DNA of 64,000 bases from Candidatus Iainarchaeum sp. (GTDB taxonomy: Archaea > Iainarchaeota > Iainarchaeia > Iainarchaeales > DTGL01). A program made the translations under genes and the position numbers. The stretch is taken from the NCBI GenBank assembly GCA_026413945.1, contig JAOAJX010000003.1, positions 64,001 through 128,000 of the forward strand, written 5' to 3'. Of the stretch, positions 49,939-59,532 are shown piece after piece. The notes beneath the pieces were generated by a model that was not told where the DNA came from, did not search any database, and saw nothing but the letters and a program-made list of their open reading frames with translations. How positions within the stretch are numbered: position 1 is the first letter of the stretch; each line of letters begins with the position of its first letter.

Positions 49939-50694
49939 CTAACTTTTTCCCCTCGCTTTCCTTAATCCTTTAGCCAAAAGCAGAAAGTGAACCGAAAGCG
50001 CACAAGCCACAACAATTATTAAAATCGCTATAATCAATTCAATGCTAATGCTATTTTCAACTGGTTTTAGAATTCCTGTTTGACTTCCGTCTTTTTTAGG
50101 TTTTTCGCAATCTTTGTCAAAGTCCTCGACACAATCTGGGTCACATATCCCATCTGTAGCCATGTCACATATTTTGTCATCATAACCAGTGTTGCAATCC
50201 TCGGGACAATTAATGTAATTCTCACCAAGATTAGAAGAACATTTTCCATCAATAGCGCACTTTATGTCTATTGAATGGCTCTTTAGATAGAATTTTTCCT
50301 GCTCAATAATTGCTTCTGCCGGGGTAATTACATACGCTCCAATATTTTTAGGCTCTATCCAATATGCTATAGAAGCAGATTCTCCAGGCCCTAATTTTAT
50401 CTTCCAGAAATAGTTCCAAAATTTAGCTCCATAATCGGTTTCAATATACTGCGCCTCGTTTTGGTCGAAGTTTGCTGCACCTATATTCTCCCTTATGCTT
50501 ATTTCTTTTTCTTGGCTAGACTTATTTTCAATATGAAAGCCGATCCAGATCTTTTCTCCAGCGTATGCTTGCTGGGGTGCAATCCTTCTTATATAAACAC
50601 CGTTTATATTTTCAGCCATTAGCACCTCAGCAAGTCCTAAAACACCTGTTGACAATAAAAGCAGCAGAAAAACAAAATTACGCACTTTCGGCAT
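49939..50694 (-). CDS. Secreted, membrane-anchored protein with an Ig-like domain and a Cys/Asp-rich module
   Basis: Signal peptide; C..DGKC...GEN..NCP.DC..G..D.ICD...DG.CDPDC; C-terminal TM; abuts the upstream gene. Confidence 0.75.
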   Translation of the reverse strand: MPKVRNFVFLLLLLSTGVLGLAEVLMAENINGVYIRRIAPQQAYAGEKIWIGFHIENKSSQEKEISIRENIGAANFDQNEAQYIETDYGAKFWNYFWKIKLGPGESASIAYWIEPKNIGAYVITPAEAIIEQEKFYLKSHSIDIKCAIDGKCSSNLGENYINCPEDCNTGYDDKICDMATDGICDPDCVEDFDKDCEKPKKDGSQTGILKPVENSISIELIIAILIIVVACALSVHFLLLAKGLRKARGKS

Positions 50695-53199
50695 TTAGCT
50701 GCACCCCACAATCTGATTTATGCTTGGTGCGAAATCAGGAAGCCTAAAATTGTCCCTTGCACAAGCAACGCCCGGGCCGCATTCCGGGGCATATGAGCGG
50801 TTGAAGTTGAAATCTATGCCACCATACCTTCCTGTGAAACCAGGTGTTCTGCAAGTAGCGAAAGCGAAAACTCTTCCGGCATCCCTGGCTCTCCAATATT
50901 CATCAGCATCATACGTTGTAATATTTTTGAAGCAATAGTTTGCCTCATTTAATGCAAAACAGTAAGGGTAGTCTCCAGGCAAACCACCTAAAACCACCCC
51001 AATGTTATTATTTGTTGTATCAACCACGTGCCATTTTGCATCGCCAGGGAATTTAACCAAATTGTAGCAATGCGCCCCATCACAATAGTTTGCGACTTCT
51101 CTCTGAGTGTATCCTGCTTTTCTGAGGAGAGTTGCAAGTGCTCCTGAGTAATCCCTACAAATGCCTTTCTTGTGATAGTTTATCAATCTTTCTGCAGGCG
51201 CTGCTGATGCCCATGCACCGCATACAAAGTAGTCCATTAAGCTGTTGCGGAAGTATCCGCGCATCCATCTTGCGTAAGGTCCAAGGCCTTTTATTATGTA
51301 AAGACCAACGCATTTCTTGCAGTTTGAGCCACCCCCACGCAACGATTCTCTACAAAGATTAGGATCTACTGTGCGATTAACATCATCCCAGCTTGTCGAG
51401 CTGCAACATTTGAGTGCCTCTTCTATTACATGATCGAGGTTCTGGTCACAAACCTCATAAAACTGGCAAGGACATTCACCACCGCCTTCTGTCCACTCAA
51501 GCTCTATTTTGTGCATGTCACTCAAATTCTCATCTGAAATAAATTCATACTTGTAAAAATTCGCGTGTGGATAAGGCGTACCACGAACAATTGCTCTGCC
51601 ACCACCTATAAAGTGGCTCGTGCATGGGGAATCATTTGGAGCATACTTTACTGTACCAGAACAAACAGAATTGCATGGTGGGCATTTTCCACCGCAATCT
51701 ACCCCAATTTCATCTTGGTTTCTCACCTTATCAGCGCACGTTGCAGTGCCTGTCGAGCAGGTGATTGGAAATGCTTCGACTGGAGTTGTCTTGCAAGCAC
51801 CGTTTTCACAGCCATACCTACAGTCCATTGTCCTTGAAGGATTTGTTTCGGTCTCTTCATTACCAGAGCCGCAGTAATTTTCTATTAAGAGACTCCCAAC
51901 ACAATAATCTACTGTTTTACTCCGCCCTTTAATTAAGACTGTTCCTTTTTCAAATGGTTTAATACCACCATCAGAATCCTTGCATACGCAGCCGTTTTCG
52001 AAAACTTGTTTGCCAGAAGGCGTTCTTGGGCAGTTGTCGGCCATGTTTGGCACACCGTCACCATCATAATCATCGAAAGCGCTTGGCATAATTGGACCTT
52101 CTCGAACTATTTCCCTGCCAGTTTCTTTGAGAGTTATTTCCAAACCATCTTCAGACCTTATAGAAAAAGACCTTCCAACTTGCACATCTACGTAAGATGG
52201 CGTTGCAGTAACCAGTGGTGCTTGATCGGGGCAGCCATCTGAGTCTTCAAATCCATTTAATGTTTCCATCTCATGTGTGCATTTGTCCTCACAGTTTTTT
52301 ATACTGTCTCCATCTGAATCCCTGTCATCACATTCGTCACAACTATCTCCAATGCCATCTTTATCAGAGTCTTTCTGGTCCTGATTGTAAACAAATATGC
52401 AATTATCCTTATCATCCATTGCACCGTCCTTGTCAGAATCATCACAGGCATCCCCAAAAGCGTCTTTATCGCCATTTTCCTGACGGGGGTTGTAAACATT
52501 GACACAGTTGTCAATCGAATCGTCAACTCCATCTCTATCTGAGTCTTCGGGCTTTTCGCATGCGTCCCCAACACCGTCTTTGTCCGAATCTGCCTGTTTT
52601 GGATTGTAATTTTGTGGGCAATTGTCACAATGATCGCCTATGCTGTCTTGGTCAAAATCTTCCTGTTTCGGATTGTATTTATTCAAACAGTTGTCAGAGG
52701 CATCCGGAACACCGTCTTTGTCATTGTCAGGCTCTGGGGCAGCGCCTACCTTCAGATAACAGGCCTGCCAGTTTTCAGGACCTGATTTATACTCTTTCCC
52801 TGATAATATGTGGTATGAAGGCCAAACAACCCAAGAGCCAGCCTTGTCGAGTTTCCTCGACGCAGAAACCGAGACAATTTTACCAGCCTCAAAAAGCGTG
52901 TTTGCATAAGAAAAACCAAAGGACGTATCCAAAGAATCAGGATCTTTTGCATGAGCATATATGCCGCGCACTCCGAGCTTTACAGTATTTTGCCCGTAGT
53001 TTTGCAGGCTGAACTTTACAGTTACAGAATCTCCAACTTTAAGCTCCGAAGGCCCCTCAACGCTTAGCCCAGTAAGCCGCATATAATCTTCAGACAAATC
53101 TGGTCCTTTGAAGTAGCACAGCGTTTCCGCATATGCTAAATTTTGGATAAAACTAAGCGATAAGGCAACAGCCAGTAAAAATTTTATTTCAAGCCTTAT
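50695..53199 (-). CDS. Secreted TSP3 (Ca-binding) repeat protein with a C-terminal transglutaminase-like domain
   Basis: About eight D.D.DG..D..DNC....N..Q repeats; C.DSDGG and C.D..RNQDE.GVDCGG modules; putative triad GICRDYS / HCYN / VVDTT; in-frame signal peptide extends to about 53199. Confidence 0.8.
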   Translation of the reverse strand: MRLEIKFLLAVALSLSFIQNLAYAETLCYFKGPDLSEDYMRLTGLSVEGPSELKVGDSVTVKFSLQNYGQNTVKLGVRGIYAHAKDPDSLDTSFGFSYANTLFEAGKIVSVSASRKLDKAGSWVVWPSYHILSGKEYKSGPENWQACYLKVGAAPEPDNDKDGVPDASDNCLNKYNPKQEDFDQDSIGDHCDNCPQNYNPKQADSDKDGVGDACEKPEDSDRDGVDDSIDNCVNVYNPRQENGDKDAFGDACDDSDKDGAMDDKDNCIFVYNQDQKDSDKDGIGDSCDECDDRDSDGDSIKNCEDKCTHEMETLNGFEDSDGCPDQAPLVTATPSYVDVQVGRSFSIRSEDGLEITLKETGREIVREGPIMPSAFDDYDGDGVPNMADNCPRTPSGKQVFENGCVCKDSDGGIKPFEKGTVLIKGRSKTVDYCVGSLLIENYCGSGNEETETNPSRTMDCRYGCENGACKTTPVEAFPITCSTGTATCADKVRNQDEIGVDCGGKCPPCNSVCSGTVKYAPNDSPCTSHFIGGGRAIVRGTPYPHANFYKYEFISDENLSDMHKIELEWTEGGGECPCQFYEVCDQNLDHVIEEALKCCSSTSWDDVNRTVDPNLCRESLRGGGSNCKKCVGLYIIKGLGPYARWMRGYFRNSLMDYFVCGAWASAAPAERLINYHKKGICRDYSGALATLLRKAGYTQREVANYCDGAHCYNLVKFPGDAKWHVVDTTNNNIGVVLGGLPGDYPYCFALNEANYCFKNITTYDADEYWRARDAGRVFAFATCRTPGFTGRYGGIDFNFNRSYAPECGPGVACARDNFRLPDFAPSINQIVGCS

Positions 53200-53287
53200 T
53201 CTTAAGCCCCCAACTCAAAATTCTTTTGAACGCAATAATCTTAACCCTTTCCTATGACGCCCATATTAATGAGATAGTTCAGTTTAC

Positions 53288-53358
53288 GCCCCGGTAGTAT
53301 AACGGAAGAACTCCGGCTTCCGGAGCCGGCAATCCGGGTTCGAATCCCGGCCGGGGTA
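53288..53358 (+). tRNA. tRNA-Arg(CCG), atypical body
   Basis: GCCCCGG..CCGGGGT-A, anticodon arm CCGGC-TTCCGGA-GCCGG, T arm CCGGG-TTCGAAT-CCCGG. Confidence 0.9.
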
Positions 53359-53404
53359 TTGTAATAGGATTAGTTTATTAAATCTAAATTAGCACTTCTT
53401 ACAT

Positions 53405-53749
53405 ATGGCTTCAAGATTTAAACGAGTAAAGAGTGGAATTGGGGGTGTTTTGGCTAGGGCAAAACAGCGTTTAGAGGCCCGCAGGCAATCCAAAATTAAA
53501 AAATTAGAAGACAGAATAGCCAAGCTAAAAAAAGAAATCGAAAGGGAATACAAATTGCTTAATAATGCTTTGAACAGAAGATCTATTCTTCTCAAAAAAG
53601 GGCCACTTTCAGAAAAAGAAAAAAGCTTGCTGGCTATTGATGGTGAATTGGTATTACGTCACAGACAAAGAATTCACTATTTAAAGAATGAAATAAGTAT
53701 TTTAGAGAGTTCTCTAAAAAGACTATCTGAAAAAAAAAGAAAGAACTGA
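53405..53749 (+). CDS. Hypothetical basic coiled-coil protein
   Basis: 114 aa, K/R-rich heptad pattern; TATA-like TTTATTAA upstream. Confidence 0.6.
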   Translation: MASRFKRVKSGIGGVLARAKQRLEARRQSKIKKLEDRIAKLKKEIEREYKLLNNALNRRSILLKKGPLSEKEKSLLAIDGELVLRHRQRIHYLKNEISILESSLKRLSEKKRKN

Positions 53750-53886
53750 CTAAATTAGAATAATCCGAATTTTTGCAATAATATAAAGCATCGAGAATAT
53801 TTGCATACTCATGAGTAAAAACAAATAATTAAAAATAAAAAAATACTTACTATTTTCCATAATTTACATAAAATAAGTGATAAAAT

Positions 53887-55056
53887 ATGACTTTTTCATT
53901 CAGAGCCACCTTGGCAAAATTTTTGCTGTTAGTAACTTTTCTGGTTTTAGTGCTGTATCTCTCAAAAAATTCATTTTCAGCCCCAACCCTAAGCCCAAGT
54001 GAAGTATACAAAATAATAAAATTTGAAGAAGAAGGTGGCAGTGGGCCAAATGGAACAAGACCATCCTGCGTAATAACTTCAAGTGACCTCAGAATAGGCG
54101 AAGAGAACACAATAACTGCTGATGTAACAGACTCTGACGGTAATTTAACTGATGCATATCTATTCATAAAATCTCCAAGCACTAAGTCGTATTACAACAA
54201 AGCCTTTTATGAGCTAATGGCTTGTACAGGCACAGAGTTTTCTATGACTTGCAAATACACAATTGAGCCAAATTCTTCCTGGGGCGTAGATGCTAAAATA
54301 GAAGTTTCTGGTGTTGACGACGGGGGTTTAGGCGAATATTGTTCTAAGATAGTGCGGGTAATTTCTCCAGCATCACCAACACCGATACAGGCACACCAAA
54401 GCCCAAGCCAAACACCAACAATCTCATCACCAAATGTAAGGCCGACCGTTAAGTTGAGCGCCCAAGAGCTTAAAAGATATGAAGGAAATCAAATTACTGC
54501 AAATATTACAGATCCAGATGGAGATGCTGATGCCTTGGCTGTTTTAATTTACATAAAGTCACCAAGCACTGAAGAAGCATTTAGAGTTAATGGGCAAAAA
54601 ATGCCATGCGCAGGCACAGGTGCAAGTTTAAATTGTTCCTATGTGGTAAGACCTGACTCTAACTGGGGCAATGACGCTTTGATCGTTATTCTGGCAAGTG
54701 ACAAAGTAGGCAAAGGGCCTGAAGCAAAGCAAAATGTATTAATTAAGCCCGAGATAGTGCCATCACCAACCCCAAGCCCGACACCAACACCAAGTCCATC
54801 TCCAACGTTAAGCCCTTCACCAACACAGATTCCAACACCCACTCCAAGCCCAACACCAACTGTAAAAACAACCCCGAGTGTAGAAAAAACTGCACAGCCG
54901 TCACCGACTCAAAGCGTTCCACCTTTTTCCCCAGTAGTTTCCCCATCACCAAAAAAAGAGGAAAAAATGGATACTTTTATTCTGATAGCAACTACAATCT
55001 TTGTATCAGCAATAATACTTGCGCTTGTATATTATGTTGTGCGCAAAAAAGGCTAA
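53887..55056 (+). CDS. Surface protein with two duplicated Ig-like domains, a Pro/Thr/Ser stalk and a C-terminal TM anchor
   Basis: Duplicated RP...N.ITA..TD.DG...IKSPST...M.C.GT...C.Y...P.S.WG.DA; (SP/TP)n; TM followed by RKKG. Confidence 0.8.
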   Translation: MTFSFRATLAKFLLLVTFLVLVLYLSKNSFSAPTLSPSEVYKIIKFEEEGGSGPNGTRPSCVITSSDLRIGEENTITADVTDSDGNLTDAYLFIKSPSTKSYYNKAFYELMACTGTEFSMTCKYTIEPNSSWGVDAKIEVSGVDDGGLGEYCSKIVRVISPASPTPIQAHQSPSQTPTISSPNVRPTVKLSAQELKRYEGNQITANITDPDGDADALAVLIYIKSPSTEEAFRVNGQKMPCAGTGASLNCSYVVRPDSNWGNDALIVILASDKVGKGPEAKQNVLIKPEIVPSPTPSPTPTPSPSPTLSPSPTQIPTPTPSPTPTVKTTPSVEKTAQPSPTQSVPPFSPVVSPSPKKEEKMDTFILIATTIFVSAIILALVYYVVRKKG

Positions 55057-55073
55057 AAAATCTGCAAATAGAA

Positions 55074-56762
55074 CTATTTTAGCCCCAGCAATTTTTTCAT
55101 CTCTTCATAAGGTGGTGGCACTCTAAGCGCAGCAGCTATTTTTCTTTTTCTCTCATCAGAACTTTTTGTTTCCACAATTCTATGAAGCGATTTTTCTATT
55201 TTCAATTCGTGGTTAAGAATCTCCTCTCTTACAGATCCCCATTTTTCAGGGCTGTTGAGAAATCTGATAAAAACATTTCTTTGGGTCTCAATTAAAGCCC
55301 TTCTGTCCCCTATAAAAAGGCCACAAAATAAAGGCGCCAATGTTTTGTTTTGTTCGCTAAAGGGATTTATAAAGTGACCGTGTTCACACAGCCTTAACCT
55401 CATTTCTTTTGCGATCTCCTTCAACCTTTTTTCTGCCGAACTATCAGAAGCAATTAACGCATAGTCGATATCACTGCCTGCTCTTGCGTAGCCTTTCGCT
55501 AAGCTGCCGAGTATAACTATGCCTATGAATTTGTCCTCATACTCTCGTTTTAGCTGTGTGGCTGCTTCACGAAGCGGTTTTATGTCCGCTAAAATTTCCT
55601 TCAGATGAGGCATTGCTGCAAAAGGCCTTCTTGTTAATAGCAAAAGTTCTCTTGCATTAATCATACTAATAGCCTCTTCAGCATGCCTGCGCAAGTGATA
55701 ATCCCCTTTTTCAACCATCATGGCAAGCGCTCTGAAATCTTTTTTCTCGAGGTAATATCTCGCAAGGGCTTCAGCAGCATACTCTTTCGTTACCCAATCC
55801 TCATCAAGAAGCAGTTTTTCAAGTGCCTTAACGCCTTTTGGGCCAATTTTAAGTAAGGCTCTTGCAGAAGGCTCCTTACGATCTAATTCACTGTTTCTCA
55901 TGATTTCCATCAAAGCAGGTATTGCAGCTTCACCTCTCTTTCCAAGCTCCTGAGCAACAGCTCTTGTTATATCATATGAATTTCCGGCTTTTGCAAGCTC
56001 TACTAATTTGCTTATGCCTTCTCTGCCTGGAAATATTCTAGAAATTGCGGCGACCGCTTCTCTTTTCGCCAACCAATGTTCGCTCCTTAGAAGTGTCATT
56101 AATAAGGATAACCCACGTTTCCCCATCATTGCGAGCCCATGTGCTGCGCCGGCTCTTATCTGCCCGTCTTCATGGTAAACAAGGCCTCGCAGTGCATTAT
56201 AATCGCCCTGCTTTGCATATATTATTGATGCTGCTTTGGAAAGATCCATCCATGCTGAAACCTCCAGTAATGACAGATTGTTTAATATTTTATTGGCCAA
56301 AGGCGCTGCCTTTTCGCCAGCAAGATGTAATGCTTCGACAACTGAGATCTGGATAGAACTTCTGCCACTATCAAAAAGTCTTTCAAGGTCGGCTATCCGA
56401 CCCTGTTTTGCATAACGCCTCGCCAGGGATAAAGACGCCCTTTTCACCACATCGTAATTTCCAGAGCGCAAAAGCTTTTCCAATTCATTAGTTGTCAGGC
56501 TTTCAAAGGGTCTTTTTTCTATGATCAGCCTTTCACAAGCTGCCTTTCTTATAACTGGATCTTTACTTAGAGCCATTGTGGATAGTAGTTTTGCGCTAAC
56601 TTTCTTCTTCTGGAGCCGCCTTATCGCATAATCATAAGGAAGTTGCTGCCTTGGGAAAGTAGAGGCGGGCGGCTTTATGCCAGATGCAATTATTTCTTTT
56701 CTGGCATCTTCCCTCTGCACGCGTAGCATACTGGGCTTAGGCTTTTTGAACTGTGGTTTCAC
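55074..56762 (-). CDS. HEAT-repeat protein fused to a Pol-beta-superfamily nucleotidyltransferase domain
   Basis: About nine LL..ED..[VI]R..AA..L repeats, then IVILGSLAKGYARAGSDIDY. Confidence 0.8.
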   Translation of the reverse strand: MKPQFKKPKPSMLRVQREDARKEIIASGIKPPASTFPRQQLPYDYAIRRLQKKKVSAKLLSTMALSKDPVIRKAACERLIIEKRPFESLTTNELEKLLRSGNYDVVKRASLSLARRYAKQGRIADLERLFDSGRSSIQISVVEALHLAGEKAAPLANKILNNLSLLEVSAWMDLSKAASIIYAKQGDYNALRGLVYHEDGQIRAGAAHGLAMMGKRGLSLLMTLLRSEHWLAKREAVAAISRIFPGREGISKLVELAKAGNSYDITRAVAQELGKRGEAAIPALMEIMRNSELDRKEPSARALLKIGPKGVKALEKLLLDEDWVTKEYAAEALARYYLEKKDFRALAMMVEKGDYHLRRHAEEAISMINARELLLLTRRPFAAMPHLKEILADIKPLREAATQLKREYEDKFIGIVILGSLAKGYARAGSDIDYALIASDSSAEKRLKEIAKEMRLRLCEHGHFINPFSEQNKTLAPLFCGLFIGDRRALIETQRNVFIRFLNSPEKWGSVREEILNHELKIEKSLHRIVETKSSDERKRKIAAALRVPPPYEEMKKLLGLK

Positions 56763-56852
56763 AATATTATTAGAATTGATTGTTTTTTATTGGTTTTGAA
56801 ACCCTCTTTCTTTTTAAAACATATTAAAAAACTTTGCTTCAAGTTGTGATTT

Positions 56853-58469
56853 ATGGATTTGGGCCCTTTAATAGCCCCAATTTTTGGAATTCTCGCAGGC
56901 CTTGCCGTTTTCCTTTTTGGCATGTCAATGCTTTCTGAAACACTCAAGAGCGTTGCGGGCGAAAAATTAAAAAAATTGCTTGAAAGATTTACAAACAGCC
57001 GCATTAAAGCGTGTGCAGTAGGCGCTTTTGTAACCGGAATTCTACAAAGCTCTTCATTAATGATGGTTGTTTTCATTGGCTTTCTTAATGCAGGTATGAT
57101 GAGCCTGGAGCAAGCAGTATGGGCAATGCTTGGGGCTGAGATAGGCACTACTGTTACTGCACAATTGCTTGCTGGGGCAGTGTCCTTCAAGTTGGTTGAC
57201 CTTTTAGGCATGCCTTTCCTTGCAGCTGGCTTTTTTGCCCAGCTGATGTCTAGAAAAAAATCTTTCAAGAGCGCCGGAAAAATAATTTTTGCAGTTGGTC
57301 TTATCCTTCTTGGAATGGACTTAATGTCTGATGCAGTTGGCCATATTAAGAAAGATCCAAACGCAAAAGACTTACTAGCATCTTTTGGTACACAGCCAGT
57401 GCTGGGTGTTTTGGCTGGAGCTATTTTCACTGCAATAGTACAGAGCTCGTCAGCTACTACCGCACTTGTCATAGCTATTTCAACAACAGGCGCTATTACA
57501 CTGCCAGGAGCAATTGCAATAATCCTCGGCGCGAACATAGGCACAACATTTGATACGCATTTAGCAGCGATAGGTTCAAACATTTCCGGTAAAAAACTAG
57601 CTTTTATACAAAGCACTGTAAATGTGCTTGGGGCAATAGCTTTCATCCCATTCATTTACCAGTTTTCAGCCGTTATGGCCGCCACGAGCAACGAGCTTCC
57701 CAGGCAGATTGCAAACAGCCACACGACATTTAATGTTGTCTGCACTGCAGTTGCGTTGCCACTGTCTGCATATCTAGTGAAAATTTCTGGCAGAATCATT
57801 AAAGGGCATGATGTTAGAGTTGAGCGCGGTCTGAAACATATTAACAAAAAAATTGCAGCTGTGCCTTCCGTTGCGTTGGCACAGATTAAGAAAGAAGTTT
57901 TGCGTATGTCTGATATTGCATTAGAGATGATAAAAATATCGAGGAAAGCACTTCTTGAGAATGATCTTTCAATGAAAAAACAGCTCTATGAATACGAGGA
58001 TACGCTTGATGAACTTAAACTAATACTTTTTATAATGGTCGAGGATTTGTGCAAAGGCGAGCTTAACTGCGAAGATCATAGAAATGCGGCAATGCTTAAA
58101 AGTCACATCATCGATATCGAGCGCGTGGGTGACCATGCAAACAATCTTTTTGAGCTTGCAGAGAAAAAGCGTGAACTTAAGACAGAATTTTCCACAAAAG
58201 AGAAAAAGGAACTAAACCACTATTTTGAACTCGCAACTGAAGCTTATTTGGCTGGCGCTAAAGCACTTAGGTGCGCTGAAGAGGTGCATTATAAAAAAAT
58301 AATAAAAAACGAGCAGGAACTTGACATGATTCAGGAAAGGATTGAAAAAATTGAATCAAAGGAAAAGGAGAAAAAAAGCGCTATAATAATGGTTGAGGCA
58401 TTTCTCAATCTGGAAAGGATAAGCGATCATGCCAAGAACATTATGAGAACCTTGCAGCAAGGTTTTTGA
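56853..58469 (+). CDS. Na+/Pi cotransporter family protein with PhoU domains
   Basis: Two QSSS and GA[EN]IGTT repeats; DIERVGDHA.N and LERISDHA.N. Confidence 0.93.
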   Translation: MDLGPLIAPIFGILAGLAVFLFGMSMLSETLKSVAGEKLKKLLERFTNSRIKACAVGAFVTGILQSSSLMMVVFIGFLNAGMMSLEQAVWAMLGAEIGTTVTAQLLAGAVSFKLVDLLGMPFLAAGFFAQLMSRKKSFKSAGKIIFAVGLILLGMDLMSDAVGHIKKDPNAKDLLASFGTQPVLGVLAGAIFTAIVQSSSATTALVIAISTTGAITLPGAIAIILGANIGTTFDTHLAAIGSNISGKKLAFIQSTVNVLGAIAFIPFIYQFSAVMAATSNELPRQIANSHTTFNVVCTAVALPLSAYLVKISGRIIKGHDVRVERGLKHINKKIAAVPSVALAQIKKEVLRMSDIALEMIKISRKALLENDLSMKKQLYEYEDTLDELKLILFIMVEDLCKGELNCEDHRNAAMLKSHIIDIERVGDHANNLFELAEKKRELKTEFSTKEKKELNHYFELATEAYLAGAKALRCAEEVHYKKIIKNEQELDMIQERIEKIESKEKEKKSAIIMVEAFLNLERISDHAKNIMRTLQQGF

Positions 58470-58485
58470 TGTTTAGGTGAGTCAT

Positions 58486-58704
58486 ATGGTCAAAAAAGCA
58501 GATAACCCAAAAAAGCTCTACCGATCAAGCAAAAACAATTGGCTTGGCGGCGTTTGTGGCGGCATAGGCGAATACTTTGAAGTTGATCCAAATATAGTCC
58601 GAATCGTTTGGATTGCCCTTACACTGGCTTCTCTGGGCTTTGGCCTGTTGCTTTATATTGCCGCGTGGCTTATAATACCACTGAATACAGAACAGTCAAA
58701 ATAA
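58486..58704 (+). CDS. PspC domain protein
   Basis: KLYRS....LGGVCGGIGEYF.VDP..VR...YI..WLIIP. Confidence 0.93.
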   Translation: MVKKADNPKKLYRSSKNNWLGGVCGGIGEYFEVDPNIVRIVWIALTLASLGFGLLLYIAAWLIIPLNTEQSK

Positions 58705-58827
58705 TCAGAATATTCTAAACTATCCCAAGTTTTTTAATATGTTTTGTACAAAAATTTTATTTTAATGTATAACGAATGGAAAAAATACAATAGAAAAAAA
58801 TTCCTTAAAAGTCTTGAAAGGAAAGGA

Positions 58828-59499
58828 ATGCAAGTACATTTAATAACTCACCCTCTAATTTTGGAGGAGCTTACAAGACTTAGAGACAAAAGTACCAATC
58901 GCTTCGAGTTTAGGCATTCACTGCGAAGGATGGGAGAGCTTTTAACATATGAGCTCCTTAGGTTTGGGAAGATCAAAAAAATACCTTTGGTTACGCCACT
59001 TGGCAAATCTCACGGCTATAAGCTTGAAGATGGCTATGTTGTGGTACCTGTTTTAAGAGCTGGAGTTCCAATTGCAGAAGGCTTCAATGCAATGATAAGC
59101 AGTGTTGAGATTGCCTTTGTTTCATGCTGGCGTGACAAGGATCTTAGCGTTGTTGTTGAGTATGCAAAAGTTCCAGACATAAGCAATAAGCAGGTTATAA
59201 TAATAGATCCTATGCTAGCAACAGGCCACAGCTTGTGCGCAGTCTACGAAACTTTGAGAAGGTTTGGTAAGGCCAAAAGTTGGAAGATACTTGCTGTGAT
59301 CGCAAGCCCTGTTGGCTTGAAAGAGATCAGCAAGAGCTTTCCAAAAGGCACAGATGTTTTTATCTGTGCTTTAGATGATAGTGCTTTTGGCAAGGATTTC
59401 TTAGGGCCTGGTCTCAATTCACACGGTTATATTGTGCCAGGCCTTGGCGATGCTGGAGATCGGGCCTATGGTTCACCTTTAAAACTAAGTAAGAAATAA
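58828..59499 (+). CDS. upp: Uracil phosphoribosyltransferase
   Basis: HPL....T.LRD, VPVLRAG, IDPMLATG.S, GYIVPGLGDAGDR.YG. Confidence 0.96.
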   Translation: MQVHLITHPLILEELTRLRDKSTNRFEFRHSLRRMGELLTYELLRFGKIKKIPLVTPLGKSHGYKLEDGYVVVPVLRAGVPIAEGFNAMISSVEIAFVSCWRDKDLSVVVEYAKVPDISNKQVIIIDPMLATGHSLCAVYETLRRFGKAKSWKILAVIASPVGLKEISKSFPKGTDVFICALDDSAFGKDFLGPGLNSHGYIVPGLGDAGDRAYGSPLKLSKK

Positions 59500-59532
59500 G
59501 AGCAGTATTTATAGTGCTTTGGCCTTTTTTAC

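Noticed and set aside
54760-54950. Tandem repeat or CRISPR-like array
   Set aside because: Degenerate codon-level repeats encoding a Pro/Thr/Ser stalk (likewise 16490-16570); no repeat-spacer structure and no cas genes.
49699-56762. Integrated provirus or island with att sites at the tRNAs
   Set aside because: No integrase or viral genes. The similar T-arm sequences belong to complete tRNAs, not duplicated 3' ends.
56759-57655. 298-aa antisense ORF, and the many other shadow ORFs opposite known genes
   Set aside because: They lie antisense to well-supported genes (here the Na/Pi cotransporter) and show no recognisable motifs.
32940-59463. Possible reassignment of CGG, suggested by the Glu-like tRNA(CCG) and one CGG at a usually acidic CysRS position (32940-32942)
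   Set aside because: CGG encodes conserved Arg residues in Upp GDAGDR (59461), the RsmB-family enzyme (45636) and Tes PITRF (47964), so it reads as Arg.
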